Shown in pieces: positions 44,932-55,824 of a stretch of DNA of 64,000 bases (position 1 is the first letter of the stretch; each line of letters begins with the position of its first letter). Under the pieces are notes generated by a model. That model was given only the letters and a program-made list of their open reading frames with translations. It did no database searches and was not told the DNA's origin. This DNA comes from Bryobacterales bacterium. GTDB taxonomy: Bacteria > Acidobacteriota > Terriglobia > Bryobacterales > UBA6623. The position numbers were made by a program, and so were the translations under genes. The stretch spans positions 497,846-561,845 of the forward strand of contig CBDCLH010000008.1 of assembly GCA_965218615.1 (NCBI GenBank). Direction: 5' to 3'.

Positions 44932-45182
44932 CCCTTGGCCCGTCCTAAGATCCTAGCGCGCGTCGCATCCCGCGGCGAGAGGCGCAGCCGCACCCGGTCG
45001 CCCGGGAGCAGTCGCAAAAAGTCCAGCGCATGCCGACCCGTCGCCGCCGCTCCCACGACATGTCCGCTCTCGAGCCGGACTCGGAACAGCAGGTTCGGCA
45101 ACTCCTCCAGGACCGTCCCGGTGGCTTCCTGCACCGACACGCCGCCGCGTCCATCCGCTCCCTGCTCGCTCACCATGCTCAT
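44928..45182 (-). CDS. infA: Translation initiation factor IF-1, unusually divergent
   Basis: The position is canonical (map-infA-rpmJ) and the S1-fold skeleton is kept: [23 protein letters not shown]...G.......LLPGDRV...LSP.D.TR.RI..R. The basic segment is replaced (see findings). Confidence 0.7.
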   Translation of the reverse strand: MSMVSEQGADGRGGVSVQEATGTVLEELPNLLFRVRLESGHVVGAAATGRHALDFLRLLPGDRVRLRLSPRDATRARILGRAKG

Positions 45183-45196
45183 CCGCCATCCACCCG

Positions 45197-45967
45197 TTAA
45201 ATCGCCGTCAACAGGCGCGGCCCGTCGTGCGTCACCGCAACGCAGTGTTCATAGTGCGCAGCGTTCGAACCGTCGTGCGTGACCGCCGTGAAGTGGTCCC
45301 GCAAGATACGCGTGCGGGGGTCGCCAGCCGCAACCATCGGCTCGATCGCGAGGACCATCCCGACCCGTAAACGCACGTTGCGCATCTTCGGATCGACATG
45401 GTTCGGCACCTGCGGCTCCTCGTGCAGCTGCCTCCCAATGCCGTGGCCGACGAACTCCTTCACGATCGAGAAGCCGTTGCCCTCGACATGGCGCTGCACC
45501 GCCCCGCTGACATCGAACAGCCGGTGGCCCTCGACCATCTGCGCCACTGCAAGGTCCAGCGATTCCCGCGTCACCCGGAGCAGCCGCTCGGTCTCCTCGG
45601 AAATCCGTCCCACGGGGATCGTCGTCGCCGAGTCGCCGTAATAGCCGTCGAGCAGGACGCCGCAGTCGACCTTCACGATATCGCCCTCGCGCAGCACCCG
45701 CCGGCGAGATGGGATGCCGTGCACCACTTCGTCGTTCACCGAGGTGCACAGCGCCGAGGGAAATCGTCGTCGCACGGCAGGCACGTAGTAGCCTTTGAAG
45801 GCCGCCTGCGCGCCGGCCTCATGGATCATCCACACTGCCTTCTCTTCAAGATCCATGGTTGTGACGTCCGGTGCGACAGCCGCGCGCAACTGCGCCAGGA
45901 TGCGCGCCACCAGCTGCCCGCTGGCGTGCATCTTCTCGATCTCCAGGGGACTCTTGCGCACGATCAT
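45197..45967 (-). CDS. map: Methionine aminopeptidase type I
   Basis: MIVRKSPLEIEKMHASGQL..SVNDEVVHGIP..L.EGDIVKVDCG....GYYGDSA.T..VG..HGIGR.LHEEPQVP..G.VLAIEPM..T.D....AHYEH.VAVT..G. ATG 45967 is preferred over GTG 45979. Confidence 0.93.
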   Translation of the reverse strand: MIVRKSPLEIEKMHASGQLVARILAQLRAAVAPDVTTMDLEEKAVWMIHEAGAQAAFKGYYVPAVRRRFPSALCTSVNDEVVHGIPSRRRVLREGDIVKVDCGVLLDGYYGDSATTIPVGRISEETERLLRVTRESLDLAVAQMVEGHRLFDVSGAVQRHVEGNGFSIVKEFVGHGIGRQLHEEPQVPNHVDPKMRNVRLRVGMVLAIEPMVAAGDPRTRILRDHFTAVTHDGSNAAHYEHCVAVTHDGPRLLTAI

Positions 45968-46008
45968 ACCGAATTCCACCTAGCCACCATCCGACCGGGT
46001 CCGCCTCC

Positions 46009-47390
<1,382 letters not shown>

Positions 47391-47394
<4 letters not shown>

Positions 47395-47855
47395 GATTGC
47401 TTGGCCGTCTCCTCGGCTCCCACCAGCAGCGCCGTGCCGCCCGCCCGCTCGATCTTCTCGCGCGCCCCCACCGAGAACTTGTGCGCCACGACGCGGATCG
47501 GCCGGCTGATCTCGCCGTTGCCCAGGATCTTCAAGCCGTCCCGCAGGCTACTCAGTGCGCCCCTGGCGAGCAGCGTCTGCGGCGTGAACTCGGCGCCTTC
47601 CAACTCCTCGAAGCGCCCGACATTCAGCACGGCGTATTCGGTGCGGCCCGGATTGTGGAAGCCGCGCTTCGGCACCCGCCGGATCAGAGGCATCTGGCCG
47701 CCTTCGAAGCCGCGCCGCGTGCGATGACCCGAACGGGACTTCTGGCCTTTTTCACCACGCCCGGCAGTCACGCCCAAGCCCGAGCCCGGGCCCCGCCCTG
47801 GGCGCTTGCGCGGTCGGCGCGAGCCGGCGGGCGGATGCAGTTCGCTGAGGTTCAT
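47391..47855 (-). CDS. rplO: 50S ribosomal protein L15
   Basis: MNLSEL.P..GS.R.RKR.GRG.GSG.G.T.GRG.KGQKSRSG......FEGGQMPL.RR.PKRGF. Confidence 0.95.
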
Positions 47856-47867
47856 CGTTCCACCCGC

Positions 47868-48047
47868 CTACTCCACGACTTCCACGAGATGGGGCACCTT
47901 GGCCACCATGCCGCGCGTGGCCGGGTCGTCGGGACGCTCGACCACTTGACCGATGCGGCGCAAACCTAAGCCGCGCACCACCTTCTTGAGCTTGGACGGC
48001 GCGCTGATCGTGCTGCGCTTCAGCCGGATCCTGATTCTCGCGTCCAT
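47868..48047 (-). CDS. rpmD: 50S ribosomal protein L30
   Basis: [62 protein letters not shown] at 48047 forms an ATGA overlap with the rpsE stop (the listed ORF starts at TTG 48050). Confidence 0.93.
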   Translation of the reverse strand: MDARIRIRLKRSTISAPSKLKKVVRGLGLRRIGQVVERPDDPATRGMVAKVPHLVEVVE

Positions 48048-48565
48048 CAACCACCGCCTCGGATCGCTTGGACATCCTTGCCCCGCAGCCGCGCAACCTC
48101 TTCATGATGACGCAGCTGCCCCAGAGCATCGAACGTCGCCTTGATGACATTGTGGGGATTCTTCGAGCCGATCGACTTGGTCAGCACGTTCTGGATCCCC
48201 GCCGCTTCGACGATGGCGCGGACCGCGCCACCAGCGATCGTGCCTTTGCCTTCCCGGGCAGGCTTCAACAGGACTCGCCCGGCTCCGTACACCCCCAGCA
48301 CCTCGTGGGGAATCGTGGGGCCCAGCACGTGCACCTGGATCAGATTCTTCTTGGCCTTCTCAACGGCCTTGCGAATCGCCGATGGCACTTCCTTGGCCTT
48401 GCCCTTGGCATAGCCGACGACATGCCGCTCGGCATCGCCGACCACGACAAGCGCCGAAAAACTCAGGTTCTTGCCGCCCTTGACGACCTTCGTCACGCGG
48501 TTGATCGCAACGACTTGGTCCGTCAGTTGCAGTTCCGCTTGCTCGATGCTCTGGCTTGACTCCAT
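48047..48565 (-). CDS. rpsE: 30S ribosomal protein S5
   Basis: ..[12 protein letters not shown]+[11 protein letters not shown]...HVGYG.GKAKEVP.AI+KA...AKKNLI.V......T.PH.V.G..GA..VLLKPA..G.G.IAGG.VRA..E.AGI.NVL.KS.GS.NP.N...AT. Confidence 0.97.
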   Translation of the reverse strand: MESSQSIEQAELQLTDQVVAINRVTKVVKGGKNLSFSALVVVGDAERHVVGYAKGKAKEVPSAIRKAVEKAKKNLIQVHVLGPTIPHEVLGVYGAGRVLLKPAREGKGTIAGGAVRAIVEAAGIQNVLTKSIGSKNPHNVIKATFDALGQLRHHEEVARLRGKDVQAIRGGG

Positions 48566-48571
48566 ACGTCC

Positions 48572-48967
48572 CTACTTCTCCTGCCCGCGGCCGGTGCGCG
48601 CGCGCGTCGGAGGGAGGAGTCCGGCCCGCTGCACCTCCTCCGCCAAGGCTTTCACCCGGCCGTGGTAGTTGTGTCCGCCGCGGTCGAAGACGACGCGCTC
48701 AATCCCGGCTGTGCGGACGCGGTCCGCGATCACTGCGCCGACCCGCCTAGCCGCGGCTACATTGCCCCCGGACTCCGGAAAACCGTTCCCAGCCGTCGAG
48801 GCAGCCACCAGCGTCCGCTGCGCGTCGTCGTCGATCACTTGCGCGTAGATGTGCTTCAACGAGCGGAAAACCGCGAGCCGCGGGAGCGCGGCCGTGCCGT
48901 GCATCCTCTTGCGGATGCGCACATGCACATGCCGGCGGCGTTCGTTGCGATTGGGCCGTGAAACCAT
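48572..48967 (-). CDS. rplR: 50S ribosomal protein L18 (with ~14-aa C-terminal extension)
   Basis: ..R.R.R.+..[21 protein letters not shown]....TLVAAST..G....A...VG..IA.R....[19 protein letters not shown]..+.AGL. Confidence 0.93.
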   Translation of the reverse strand: MVSRPNRNERRRHVHVRIRKRMHGTAALPRLAVFRSLKHIYAQVIDDDAQRTLVAASTAGNGFPESGGNVAAARRVGAVIADRVRTAGIERVVFDRGGHNYHGRVKALAEEVQRAGLLPPTRARTGRGQEK

Positions 48968-48995
48968 GGTTGCCTCGTATCGTCTTCCCAGGCGA

Positions 48996-49529
48996 CTAGC
49001 TCGCGCCGCTCTTGCCTTCCTTGCTGCGGAGCCGCTCGCCTTCGTAGCGGACTCCCTTCTGCTTGTAAGGATCCGGCTTGCGCAAACCGCGGATGTTGGC
49101 GGCCGTCTGCCCTACGAGTTGTTTGTCGATCCCCGAAACCACGATGCGCGTATTGCCATCCACGCTGGCCTCGATACCCTCGGGCAGCAGAACTTCAATC
49201 GGATGCGAGTAGCCCAGCTGCAGCACCAAGACCCGTCCGACCTTCTGCGCGCGGTAGCCGACCCCGACGATCTGCAGGCGCTTCGTGAAGCCGTCCGTCA
49301 CGCCGGTAACACAGTTGTTGGCCAGCGCCCGCGTGAGGCCCTGCAGCGCTCTCCGCGCTCCGTCGGCGCAGGTGATGCGCAGGACTCCGTCCTCGAGTTG
49401 CGCGGCCACGCCCTCGGGGACAGGGACGTTCAACTCGCCCTTCGGTCCGCGCACGTTCAGCAGCCCCGGCTCGATCCCCACGGTGGCCCCCTCGGGCAAC
49501 CGGATCGGCAAGTCTCCTATCCTCGACAT
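48996..49529 (-). CDS. rplF: 50S ribosomal protein L6
   Basis: MSRIG..PI..P.G.......G.L.V+GPKGEL......GV......L.......RR.....[22 protein letters not shown]...G..L.L.LGYSHP. Confidence 0.96.
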   Translation of the reverse strand: MSRIGDLPIRLPEGATVGIEPGLLNVRGPKGELNVPVPEGVAAQLEDGVLRITCADGARRALQGLTRALANNCVTGVTDGFTKRLQIVGVGYRAQKVGRVLVLQLGYSHPIEVLLPEGIEASVDGNTRIVVSGIDKQLVGQTAANIRGLRKPDPYKQKGVRYEGERLRSKEGKSGAS

Positions 49530-49557
49530 CGTCTCCCCCCCGGCCGCAGCGTCCGGC

Positions 49558-49953
49558 TCAGTACACCGTGCATAGCACCTCGCCGCCGACGCCCCGTTCG
49601 CGCGCCTGTTTGCCGGTCATGACCCCCTTCGACGTGGTCACGACGCAGACCCCCATGCCGCCGATCACCCGCGGGATGTTCTGCGAGTCCACGTAGACCC
49701 TGCGGCTCGGCTTGGACACGCGCGTCAGTCGCGTGATCACGGGCTTGCGGTCTGGGCGGTACTTCAAGTACACCTTCAAGACCTGCTTGTTCTCGTCCTG
49801 CGCCACCCGGTAGTTGGCGACGTAGCCCTCCTCCTTGAGGATGCGCGCCACTTCGATCTTGACCTTCGAACCGGGGACATCGACCTTGCTGTGGTGCGCC
49901 GCCAGCCCGTTGCGGATGCGGGTCAGCATGTCGGCGATGGGATCGCTGTGCAT
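49558..49953 (-). CDS. rpsH: 30S ribosomal protein S8
   Basis: MHSDPIADMLTRIRNGLAAHHSKVDVPGSK.K.E.A+ILKEEGY...Y..........LKVYLKY....PVI..L.RVSKPSRRVY.....IP.V..G.G..VV.TSKGVMT...AR..GVGGEVLC.V. ATG at 49953 lies inside the long listed ORF. Confidence 0.96.
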   Translation of the reverse strand: MHSDPIADMLTRIRNGLAAHHSKVDVPGSKVKIEVARILKEEGYVANYRVAQDENKQVLKVYLKYRPDRKPVITRLTRVSKPSRRVYVDSQNIPRVIGGMGVCVVTTSKGVMTGKQARERGVGGEVLCTVY

Positions 49954-49961
49954 CTCGCCTC

Positions 49962-50147
49962 CTACCAACTGCTCTTCACGACGCCCGGCAGCTCCCCGCT
50001 TAGCGCCAGATTCCGGAAGCAGATGCGGCACAACTCGAACTTGCGCATGTAGCCGCGCGGCCGACCGCACCGGCGACAGCGGTTGCGGTAGCGCACGCGA
50101 AATTGCAGATTTTTGCGCTCTCGCGCGATCTTCGCTTTCGTCGCCAT
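49962..50147 (-). CDS. rpsN: 30S ribosomal protein S14, zinc-binding type Z
   Basis: [61 protein letters not shown] (CxxC..CxxC, 61 aa). Confidence 0.96.
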   Translation of the reverse strand: MATKAKIARERKNLQFRVRYRNRCRRCGRPRGYMRKFELCRICFRNLALSGELPGVVKSSW

Positions 50148-50174
50148 GGTTCTCTTCGCAATCCTTCCCCGCGC

Positions 50175-50807
50175 CTACGCGCGGAACGGCATGCCCAACA
50201 GCCTGAGCAGCTCGTAGCCCTCGCGGTCCGTGCGGGCCGTCGTCATGACCGTGACGTTGAGACCCTTCACGACCTCGACCTTCGTGTAGTCGATCTCCGG
50301 GAAAACGGTGTGTTCCTGGATCCCCAGGGTGTAGTTGCCCCGCCCGTCGAGCTTGGGCGAGACACCCTGAAAATCTCGCACGCGCGGCAGCGAAATCGCA
50401 ATCAAGCGGTCGAGGAACTCCCACATCCGCGCGCCGCGCAAGGTGACCGTGCAGCCGACCGGCATGCCGGCGCGCAGGTTGAAGCCCGCGATCGGCCGCT
50501 TGGCCAGCGAGACGACCGGCTTCTGACCGGCGATCGCCGCCAACTCCTGCACCGCGTTGTCCACGACGCGCTGGTTGACGGCCGTCCGTTTCCCGCCGCC
50601 CTGCTTGCCGGCCCCCTTGTCGGCAGCCTTCCTGACACCCTTCTTCTTGCTCTCGTCCTGCTTCTGCAGGATCTTCTTGCCGATGCCCATATTCAGCTTG
50701 ATCGCCACAATCCTGGGCACAGCCATGGTCGAGGCGTAGCCGAACTCAGTCTTGAGGGCCGACACGACATCGCCCAAATACTTGTCTTTCAAGCGCAATG
50801 TCGCCAT
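50175..50807 (-). CDS. rplE: 50S ribosomal protein L5 carrying a ~30-aa Lys/Gly-rich insertion
   Basis: ..VPRIVAIKLNMGIG[KKILQKQDESKKKGVRKAADKGAGKQGGGKRT]AVNQRVVDNAVQELAAIAGQKP...AKR.IAGF.LR.GMPVGC.VTLRG.RMWEFLDRLI...LPR.RDF.G.S....DGRGNY.LG..E...FPEIDY.KV. ATG at 50807 forms an ATGA overlap with the rplX stop. Confidence 0.93.
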   Translation of the reverse strand: MATLRLKDKYLGDVVSALKTEFGYASTMAVPRIVAIKLNMGIGKKILQKQDESKKKGVRKAADKGAGKQGGGKRTAVNQRVVDNAVQELAAIAGQKPVVSLAKRPIAGFNLRAGMPVGCTVTLRGARMWEFLDRLIAISLPRVRDFQGVSPKLDGRGNYTLGIQEHTVFPEIDYTKVEVVKGLNVTVMTTARTDREGYELLRLLGMPFRA

Positions 50808-51076
50808 CACGCACCCACCAGTTTCACGTTCGAGAGATCCAGCGCCGCCTCGCGGTCGGCGATGCCTCCCTTGATCTGTTTCTGCGGATTCGGCCGCACG
50901 TGCTTCTTGACCATGTTCGCGCCTTCGACCAAGACCCGGCTGCGCTTGCGGTCCACTTCGAGCACGCGCCCGCGCAGGCCCTTGCTGCGCCCGGCCAGCA
51001 CCTCCACCGTGTCGTCCTTGCGGATCTTCGTCTTGGACATCGCCAACGGCTTTCTCTGTCTGCGCATCTGGGGCAT
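50807..51076 (-). CDS. rplX: 50S ribosomal protein L24
   Basis: ..KIRKDDTVEVLAGRSKG.RG.VL.V......V.VEG.NMVKKHV+PN......GGI...EA....SNV. ATG at 51076 forms an ATGA overlap with the rplN stop (alternative ATG 51040). Confidence 0.9.
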   Translation of the reverse strand: MPQMRRQRKPLAMSKTKIRKDDTVEVLAGRSKGLRGRVLEVDRKRSRVLVEGANMVKKHVRPNPQKQIKGGIADREAALDLSNVKLVGA

Positions 51077-51444
51077 CAGAGCACCTCCGGAGCGAGCGAG
51101 ACGATCTTCATATAGCGCTTTTCGCGCAGTTCCCGGGCGACGGGACCGAACACGCGCGTGCCGACCGGCTCGCCGCTCTCGTTGACCAACACCGCCGCGT
51201 TCTCGTCGAATCGGATGTAGGTTCCGTCCTTGCGGCGGGTCTCCTTGCGCATGCGCACGATCACGGCCCGCACGACTGCGCCCTTCTTGACGTTCGAATC
51301 CGGCACGGCCTCCTTGACGGACGCCATCACGACATCCCCTAGCCCCGCCTTGCTGCCCGTCGTGCCGCCACGCGGCAGGATGCACATCAGGCGCCGGGCG
51401 CCGGAGTTGTCGGCAACCGCCAGCTTGGTCTGCATGCCGATCAT
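51076..51444 (-). CDS. rplN: 50S ribosomal protein L14
   Basis: [24 protein letters not shown]......A.LGDVV.ASVKEA.P...VKKG.VV+AV.VR...[16 protein letters not shown]....[16 protein letters not shown]..+[11 protein letters not shown]. Confidence 0.97.
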   Translation of the reverse strand: MIGMQTKLAVADNSGARRLMCILPRGGTTGSKAGLGDVVMASVKEAVPDSNVKKGAVVRAVIVRMRKETRRKDGTYIRFDENAAVLVNESGEPVGTRVFGPVARELREKRYMKIVSLAPEVL

Positions 51445-51470
51445 GCTGTCAGCCTCCCCATCGCTCAGCG

Positions 51471-51776
51471 CTAGGCGTTCTTCGCCTTGCGTCTCCGGCG
51501 AACCTTGATCTCGACTTGGGTCGATTTCAGGACGACTTCCTCGAGTAGCCAGCGCTTGCGCTTCGAGAGCGGGCGGCATTCGACGATGCGCACGCGGTCG
51601 CCCTTCTTGGCCGCGCCGTGCTCGTCGTGCGCCATGAACTTCTTCTTGCGCGTGATGTAGCGACGGTACAACCGGTGCGGCACGCGCCGGCTGACCTCGA
51701 CGACAATCGTCTTTTCCGTTTTCGTCGAGACCACCACGCCGATCTTGCGGTTCTTGTGGCCTTGCTGCTCAGCCAT
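51471..51776 (-). CDS. rpsQ: 30S ribosomal protein S17
   Basis: ..+KIGVVVS.K.EKTIVV.V.RRV.H.LY.RYI.+.KKFMAHDE...AK.GD.V.I.ECRPLSK.KRW.L. Confidence 0.95.
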   Translation of the reverse strand: MAEQQGHKNRKIGVVVSTKTEKTIVVEVSRRVPHRLYRRYITRKKKFMAHDEHGAAKKGDRVRIVECRPLSKRKRWLLEEVVLKSTQVEIKVRRRRKAKNA

Positions 51777-52002
51777 TCCCGCCTCCCTGCTCCAGCGACA
51801 CGGCTCCAGCTTGCTGCCGCCGCTTCTCGGTGACGACCGTCAGGATCCGAGCGAGGTCCTTGCGGGTCGCGCGGAATTTGCGGATGCCTTCCGCCTGCCC
51901 CATCGAGATCTGAAAACGCAGTTTGAACATCTGCTCGCGGGCCTCAGCTTCCTTGCGCTCGAGTTCGTCGAGCGTCAGATCCCGGTACTCGGCGGCCTTC
52001 AT
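51769..52002 (-). CDS. rpmC: 50S ribosomal protein L29
   Basis: [59 protein letters not shown] at 52002 forms an ATGA overlap with the rplP stop. Confidence 0.9.
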   Translation of the reverse strand: MKAAEYRDLTLDELERKEAEAREQMFKLRFQISMGQAEGIRKFRATRKDLARILTVVTEKRRQQAGAVSLEQGGGNG

Positions 52003-52421
52003 AGCAGGCCTCCTCCGAAGCGGCTGACGAACTTCACCGGGATCGGCAGCTTCTGCGCGGCGAGATCCATGGCGCGCCGGGCGGTCGTCTCGTCGACGCC
52101 CTCGACCTCGAACATCATGCGGCCGGGCTTGACGACGGCCACCCACTGCTCGGGCGCGCCCTTGCCCTTGCCCATGCGGGTTTCGGCGGGCTTCTTGCTG
52201 ATCGCCTTGTCCGGGAAGATGCGGATCCAGAGCTTGCCGCCCCGTTTCACGTGGCGGCTAATGGCAACACGCGCCGCCTCGATCTGGCGGTCGGTAATCC
52301 AAGCCGGTTCCAGAGCCTTCAGTCCGAAGTCTCCGAAGTCGAGGCCCGAACCGCGCCAAGCCTTGCCGCGGCGGTTGCCGCGCTGCATCTTGCGGTATCT
52401 GGTCTTCTTCGGCATCAACAT
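51999..52421 (-). CDS. rplP: 50S ribosomal protein L16
   Basis: [22 protein letters not shown]....[38 protein letters not shown].+[30 protein letters not shown]. Confidence 0.97.
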   Translation of the reverse strand: MLMPKKTRYRKMQRGNRRGKAWRGSGLDFGDFGLKALEPAWITDRQIEAARVAISRHVKRGGKLWIRIFPDKAISKKPAETRMGKGKGAPEQWVAVVKPGRMMFEVEGVDETTARRAMDLAAQKLPIPVKFVSRFGGGLL

Positions 52422-52424
52422 GCG

Positions 52425-53333
52425 CTATCCCTCCTCGACCTTCACGTCGGCGTCCCCACCGCCGTCCGCTGCGGTCCCGGGCGCCAAGGGCGGCCGGAAC
52501 GGCGCCTCCGCGCCGGCGGGCGGCTCCGCAGCCGCGGCTGGAGGTCTCGGCGGCTCGACGGCCGGCGCGGCCTCTACGCCCGGCTCCGCGGCCGACTCGA
52601 AGGGTTTGCGCAGGCGGTCGCGCTCGTGCTCGGCCTGCGTACGCGCCTCCCGGCGGCGCGCCGGCTCGGGCTCCTCGCGTCCCGTCTTGCGAATCGCAGC
52701 CCCGCGGGGATCGATGATCTCGCCCTTGTAGATCCAGCACTTGACCCCGATCACCCCGTAGGTCGTGTGGGCCTCGCTGAAACCATAGTCGATATCCGCC
52801 CGCAGCGTCTGCAGGGGCAGGCGGCCACGAAGGTGCCACTCGCTACGTGCAATCATCTTGCCGTTGAGCCGGCCCGCCACCCAAATCTTGATCCCCTTGC
52901 AGCCGAAGCGCTGGGCGAAATCGACCGCCTTGCGCATGGCGCGCCGGAAGCTCACCCTCTTCTCGATCTGGATCGCCACCGACTCGGAGACGAGTTGGGC
53001 GTCGAGCTCCGGACGGTGAACCTCCTGGATGTCGATATAGATCTCGCGCTTGGTCTTCTCCTGCAACTCCACCTTCAGCTTCTCGATCTCGGCCCCGCGT
53101 TTTCCGATAATGATGCCCGGCCGCGCCGTCCGGATCGCGATGCGCAGCTTGTTGCCAGGGCGGTCCAGTTCAATGGAGCTGATGCCGGCCGCCTTCAGGC
53201 GCTTGCGCAAGTCCTCCTTGAGCTCGATATCCTCGTTTATCAGATTGGCGTAGCCCTTCTGGGCGTACCAGCGCGAACGCCAGACCTTCGTGTAGCCCAG
53301 GCGGAAGCCATACGGATGTACTTTCTGACCCAT
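52425..53333 (-). CDS. rpsC: 30S ribosomal protein S3 with ~90-aa Pro/Ala/Glu-rich C-terminal extension
   Basis: [13 protein letters not shown]....W.SRWYA...Y......D..++..+.......GIS.IE..R......[18 protein letters not shown]...L..........[25 protein letters not shown]+. Confidence 0.96.
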   Translation of the reverse strand: MGQKVHPYGFRLGYTKVWRSRWYAQKGYANLINEDIELKEDLRKRLKAAGISSIELDRPGNKLRIAIRTARPGIIIGKRGAEIEKLKVELQEKTKREIYIDIQEVHRPELDAQLVSESVAIQIEKRVSFRRAMRKAVDFAQRFGCKGIKIWVAGRLNGKMIARSEWHLRGRLPLQTLRADIDYGFSEAHTTYGVIGVKCWIYKGEIIDPRGAAIRKTGREEPEPARRREARTQAEHERDRLRKPFESAAEPGVEAAPAVEPPRPPAAAAEPPAGAEAPFRPPLAPGTAADGGGDADVKVEEG

Positions 53334-53369
53334 GGTGTCTCCTCTGCGGTCTTGCTCTAGAACCTAGGC

Positions 53370-53732
53370 TCAGCCGGACTCCTCGAGCCCGTCCTCTTCG
53401 TCCTTGCCGTCCGATAGCGTCACGACGATGTGCGCGAGGCGGTGGACATACGGCGCCGGCCGGCCCCGCGCGGCGGCCCGCATCCGCTTCATGCGCGGGC
53501 CGTCGTTCACAACGATGGACGCAACCACCAGCTCATCGGCGTCGCCTCCGAGGTCGTCGGCGTTGGCGACGGCCGACTGCAGCACTTTGCGGATCTGCCC
53601 CGCCGCGCGTTTGTTGGCGCGGTCGAGCACGGCCAGGGCATCGTCCACAGGCAGGCCGCGGACCTGGTCGGCGACCAAGCGCGCCTTCTGGGGCGACACC
53701 CGCACATAGTTCCACTTGGCGACGGCCTGCAT
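53370..53732 (-). CDS. rplV: 50S ribosomal protein L22
   Basis: MQAVAKWNYVRVSPQKARLVADQVRG.PV..AL..L....K+AA..I.KVL.SAVANA........D.L.V....V+.GP.MKR...AARGR......R..HI.V.L. ATG at 53732. Confidence 0.95.
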   Translation of the reverse strand: MQAVAKWNYVRVSPQKARLVADQVRGLPVDDALAVLDRANKRAAGQIRKVLQSAVANADDLGGDADELVVASIVVNDGPRMKRMRAAARGRPAPYVHRLAHIVVTLSDGKDEEDGLEESG

Positions 53733-53736
53733 GCTG

Positions 53737-54018
53737 CTACGCCCCCCGCCCTGATTTCGCACTCCCCGCGTGGCCCCGGAACGTGCGGGTCATGGCGAAC
53801 TCGCCCAGCTTGTGGCCCACCATGTTCTCTGTGATGAACACGGGGATGAACTTCCGGCCGTTGTGGACGGCGATGGTGTGGCTGACCCACTCCGGCAGCA
53901 CCGTCGATCGGCGCGACCAGGTCTTGATCACACGTTTCTTGCCGGATGCGTTCATCGCCTCGAGCTTGCGGTTCAGGCGCTCGTCGAAGAACGGACCCTT
54001 GCGTACCGAACGACCCAT
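53737..54018 (-). CDS. rpsS: 30S ribosomal protein S19
   Basis: [16 protein letters not shown]......[50 protein letters not shown]+GH. Confidence 0.97.
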   Translation of the reverse strand: MGRSVRKGPFFDERLNRKLEAMNASGKKRVIKTWSRRSTVLPEWVSHTIAVHNGRKFIPVFITENMVGHKLGEFAMTRTFRGHAGSAKSGRGA

Positions 54019-54029
54019 CTCAATGCCCT

Positions 54030-54866
54030 CTAACCCTTCTTCTTGCCACCGCGGCGCGCCACGATGTAGCGATCGGTACGCGGATTGCTGCGCGTCTTGT
54101 AGCCGCGCGTGGGCTTGCCCCAGGGAGTGACCGGATGGCGCCCACCGGAACTGCGGCCCTCGCCGCCGCCGTGCGGGTGGTCGACCGGGTTCATCGTCAC
54201 GCCGCGGTTGTGCGGCCGCCTTCCGAACCAGCGCCGGCGGCCCGCCTTGCCGAGCTCGACGTTGCCGTGATCGACATTGCCGACCCGCCCGACAGTCGCT
54301 ATGCAGTCCTCCAGGACGCGGCGCACCTCGCCCGATGGCAAGCGCAACAGAGCGTAGCCGCCCTCCCGTGAGACCAGTCGGATCTCCGCCCCCGCGGCGC
54401 GCGCCATCTGGCCGCCCTTACCAGGGCGCAGCTCGACATTATGGACCAGGGTGCCCGGCGGGATGCGCTTGAGCGGCAGGGCGTTGCCAACCAGGATGTC
54501 CGCGGTGTCGCCCGAGACGACCTGCATGCCGACCGCCAAGCCGACCGGCTGCAAGATGTAGCGCTTGTCGCCGTCCGCATAGTGCAGCAGAGCGATGTTG
54601 GCGGACCGGTTCGGATCGTATTCGACCGCGGCGACCTTGGCCGGGATGCCGTGCTTTTGCCGCTTGAAGTCGATCTCGCGGTAGTTGCGTTTCGCCCCGC
54701 CGCCGCGGAAGCGGATGCAGATGTGTCCCTTGTTGTTGCGCCCGCCGTGGTTGTGCTTGCCCCGGACGAGAGCCTTTTCCGGACGCCCGCGAGTGAGTTC
54801 CTCGCGGGTCGTGCTGGTTTGGAAGCGCCGTGTCGGCGTCGTTGGCCTGTATGTCTTGATCGGCAT
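54030..54866 (-). CDS. rplB: 50S ribosomal protein L2
   Basis: [13 protein letters not shown]......+.E.T.......L......+.GGRNN.G.I..R.RGGG.K+.YR.IDFKR...[45 protein letters not shown]...HNVEL.PGKG. Confidence 0.97.
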   Translation of the reverse strand: MPIKTYRPTTPTRRFQTSTTREELTRGRPEKALVRGKHNHGGRNNKGHICIRFRGGGAKRNYREIDFKRQKHGIPAKVAAVEYDPNRSANIALLHYADGDKRYILQPVGLAVGMQVVSGDTADILVGNALPLKRIPPGTLVHNVELRPGKGGQMARAAGAEIRLVSREGGYALLRLPSGEVRRVLEDCIATVGRVGNVDHGNVELGKAGRRRWFGRRPHNRGVTMNPVDHPHGGGEGRSSGGRHPVTPWGKPTRGYKTRSNPRTDRYIVARRGGKKKG

Positions 54867-54898
54867 GGACCGCGTTCCCTAGATTCTTCCGCTCTCTG

Positions 54899-55186
54899 TC
54901 AGACCTGCGTATATTCGACCGGCTTCTGGCCCGCCTTGAGCTTGACGTACGCCTTCTTCCAAGCGGGCCGCCGTCCGCGGAATCGGCCTTGGCGGCGCAT
55001 CTTGCCGACGTAGCGCGCGGTGCGCACGCTGTCCACATCGACCTGGAAGATCGAGTGCACGGCGTTCCGGACGTCCGTCTTGGTCGCCTGGGGATGGACC
55101 CGGAAGCAGAGCGTCTCCTCCTGCACCCGGCCGAATTCGGCCTTCTCGGTGACCAGAGGGCCCAGTATGACTTCGTATGGACTCAT
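54899..55186 (-). CDS. rplW: 50S ribosomal protein L23
   Basis: [16 protein letters not shown].......+...F.V.P.ATK..V+.AV...F.V.V.SV.T.....K.+R.G...G+...WKKAYV.L. ATG at 55186 forms an ATGA overlap with the rplD stop. Confidence 0.93.
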   Translation of the reverse strand: MSPYEVILGPLVTEKAEFGRVQEETLCFRVHPQATKTDVRNAVHSIFQVDVDSVRTARYVGKMRRQGRFRGRRPAWKKAYVKLKAGQKPVEYTQV

Positions 55187-55818
55187 GCCAGCGCCTCGCA
55201 GCAGGTCCCGGCGGCCTGGACGGAGATCAGAATGCGCTTGTGGCCCAGCACGATGTAGGGATGAAGTTGGGAACTCGTCACCAGCCGCACGCCGCGCAGG
55301 TTGCGGCTGGAGCGCTCCAAGTTCTCGTTGGATCCGTTCTCCACGATCAGCACGCTTTCGCCGGGCCCGCTCGGGGCCCCGAGCTCCGTGAGCGCGGCGG
55401 AGAACTCCTTCGTCTTGTGGCTGGAGAGCTCGAAATCGCGGACGACGGTGATGCAGCTGTCGCGTAGGCGGGCCGAGAGCGCGGAGCGCAGAGCGGCCAA
55501 CAGCATCTTGCGAGGCAGCTTCTGGGCGTAGCTGCGCGGCTGCGGCCCGTGCACCACGCCGCCGCCGCGCCACAGAGGCGAGCGCCGCGAGCCGGCGCGC
55601 GCGCGCCCGATCCCCTTCTGCCGCCACGGCTTGCGGCCGGAACCCGCCACCTCGCCCCGCCCTTTGGCCTTGTGCGTGCCGGCCCGCAGACCCGCGCGGT
55701 AGGCCACCACCGTCTGGTGGATCAGGTTCGAATTGAGGGGCGCGTCGAAGACGCTCTCGGATAGCTCGAGCTCGTCCACCTTCTGGTTGCGCAAATCGAC
55801 AACGTCCACCGTCGGCAT
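55183..55818 (-). CDS. rplD: 50S ribosomal protein L4
   Basis: ..VFDAP.N..L+HQ.VVAY.A..RAGTH..K.RGEV.GSG+KPWRQKG.GRAR.GS.RSP.WRGGG.V.GP.PR.Y..KLP+KM...AL+SALS. Confidence 0.96.
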   Translation of the reverse strand: MPTVDVVDLRNQKVDELELSESVFDAPLNSNLIHQTVVAYRAGLRAGTHKAKGRGEVAGSGRKPWRQKGIGRARAGSRRSPLWRGGGVVHGPQPRSYAQKLPRKMLLAALRSALSARLRDSCITVVRDFELSSHKTKEFSAALTELGAPSGPGESVLIVENGSNENLERSSRNLRGVRLVTSSQLHPYIVLGHKRILISVQAAGTCCEALA

Positions 55819-55824
55819 GGCCAG

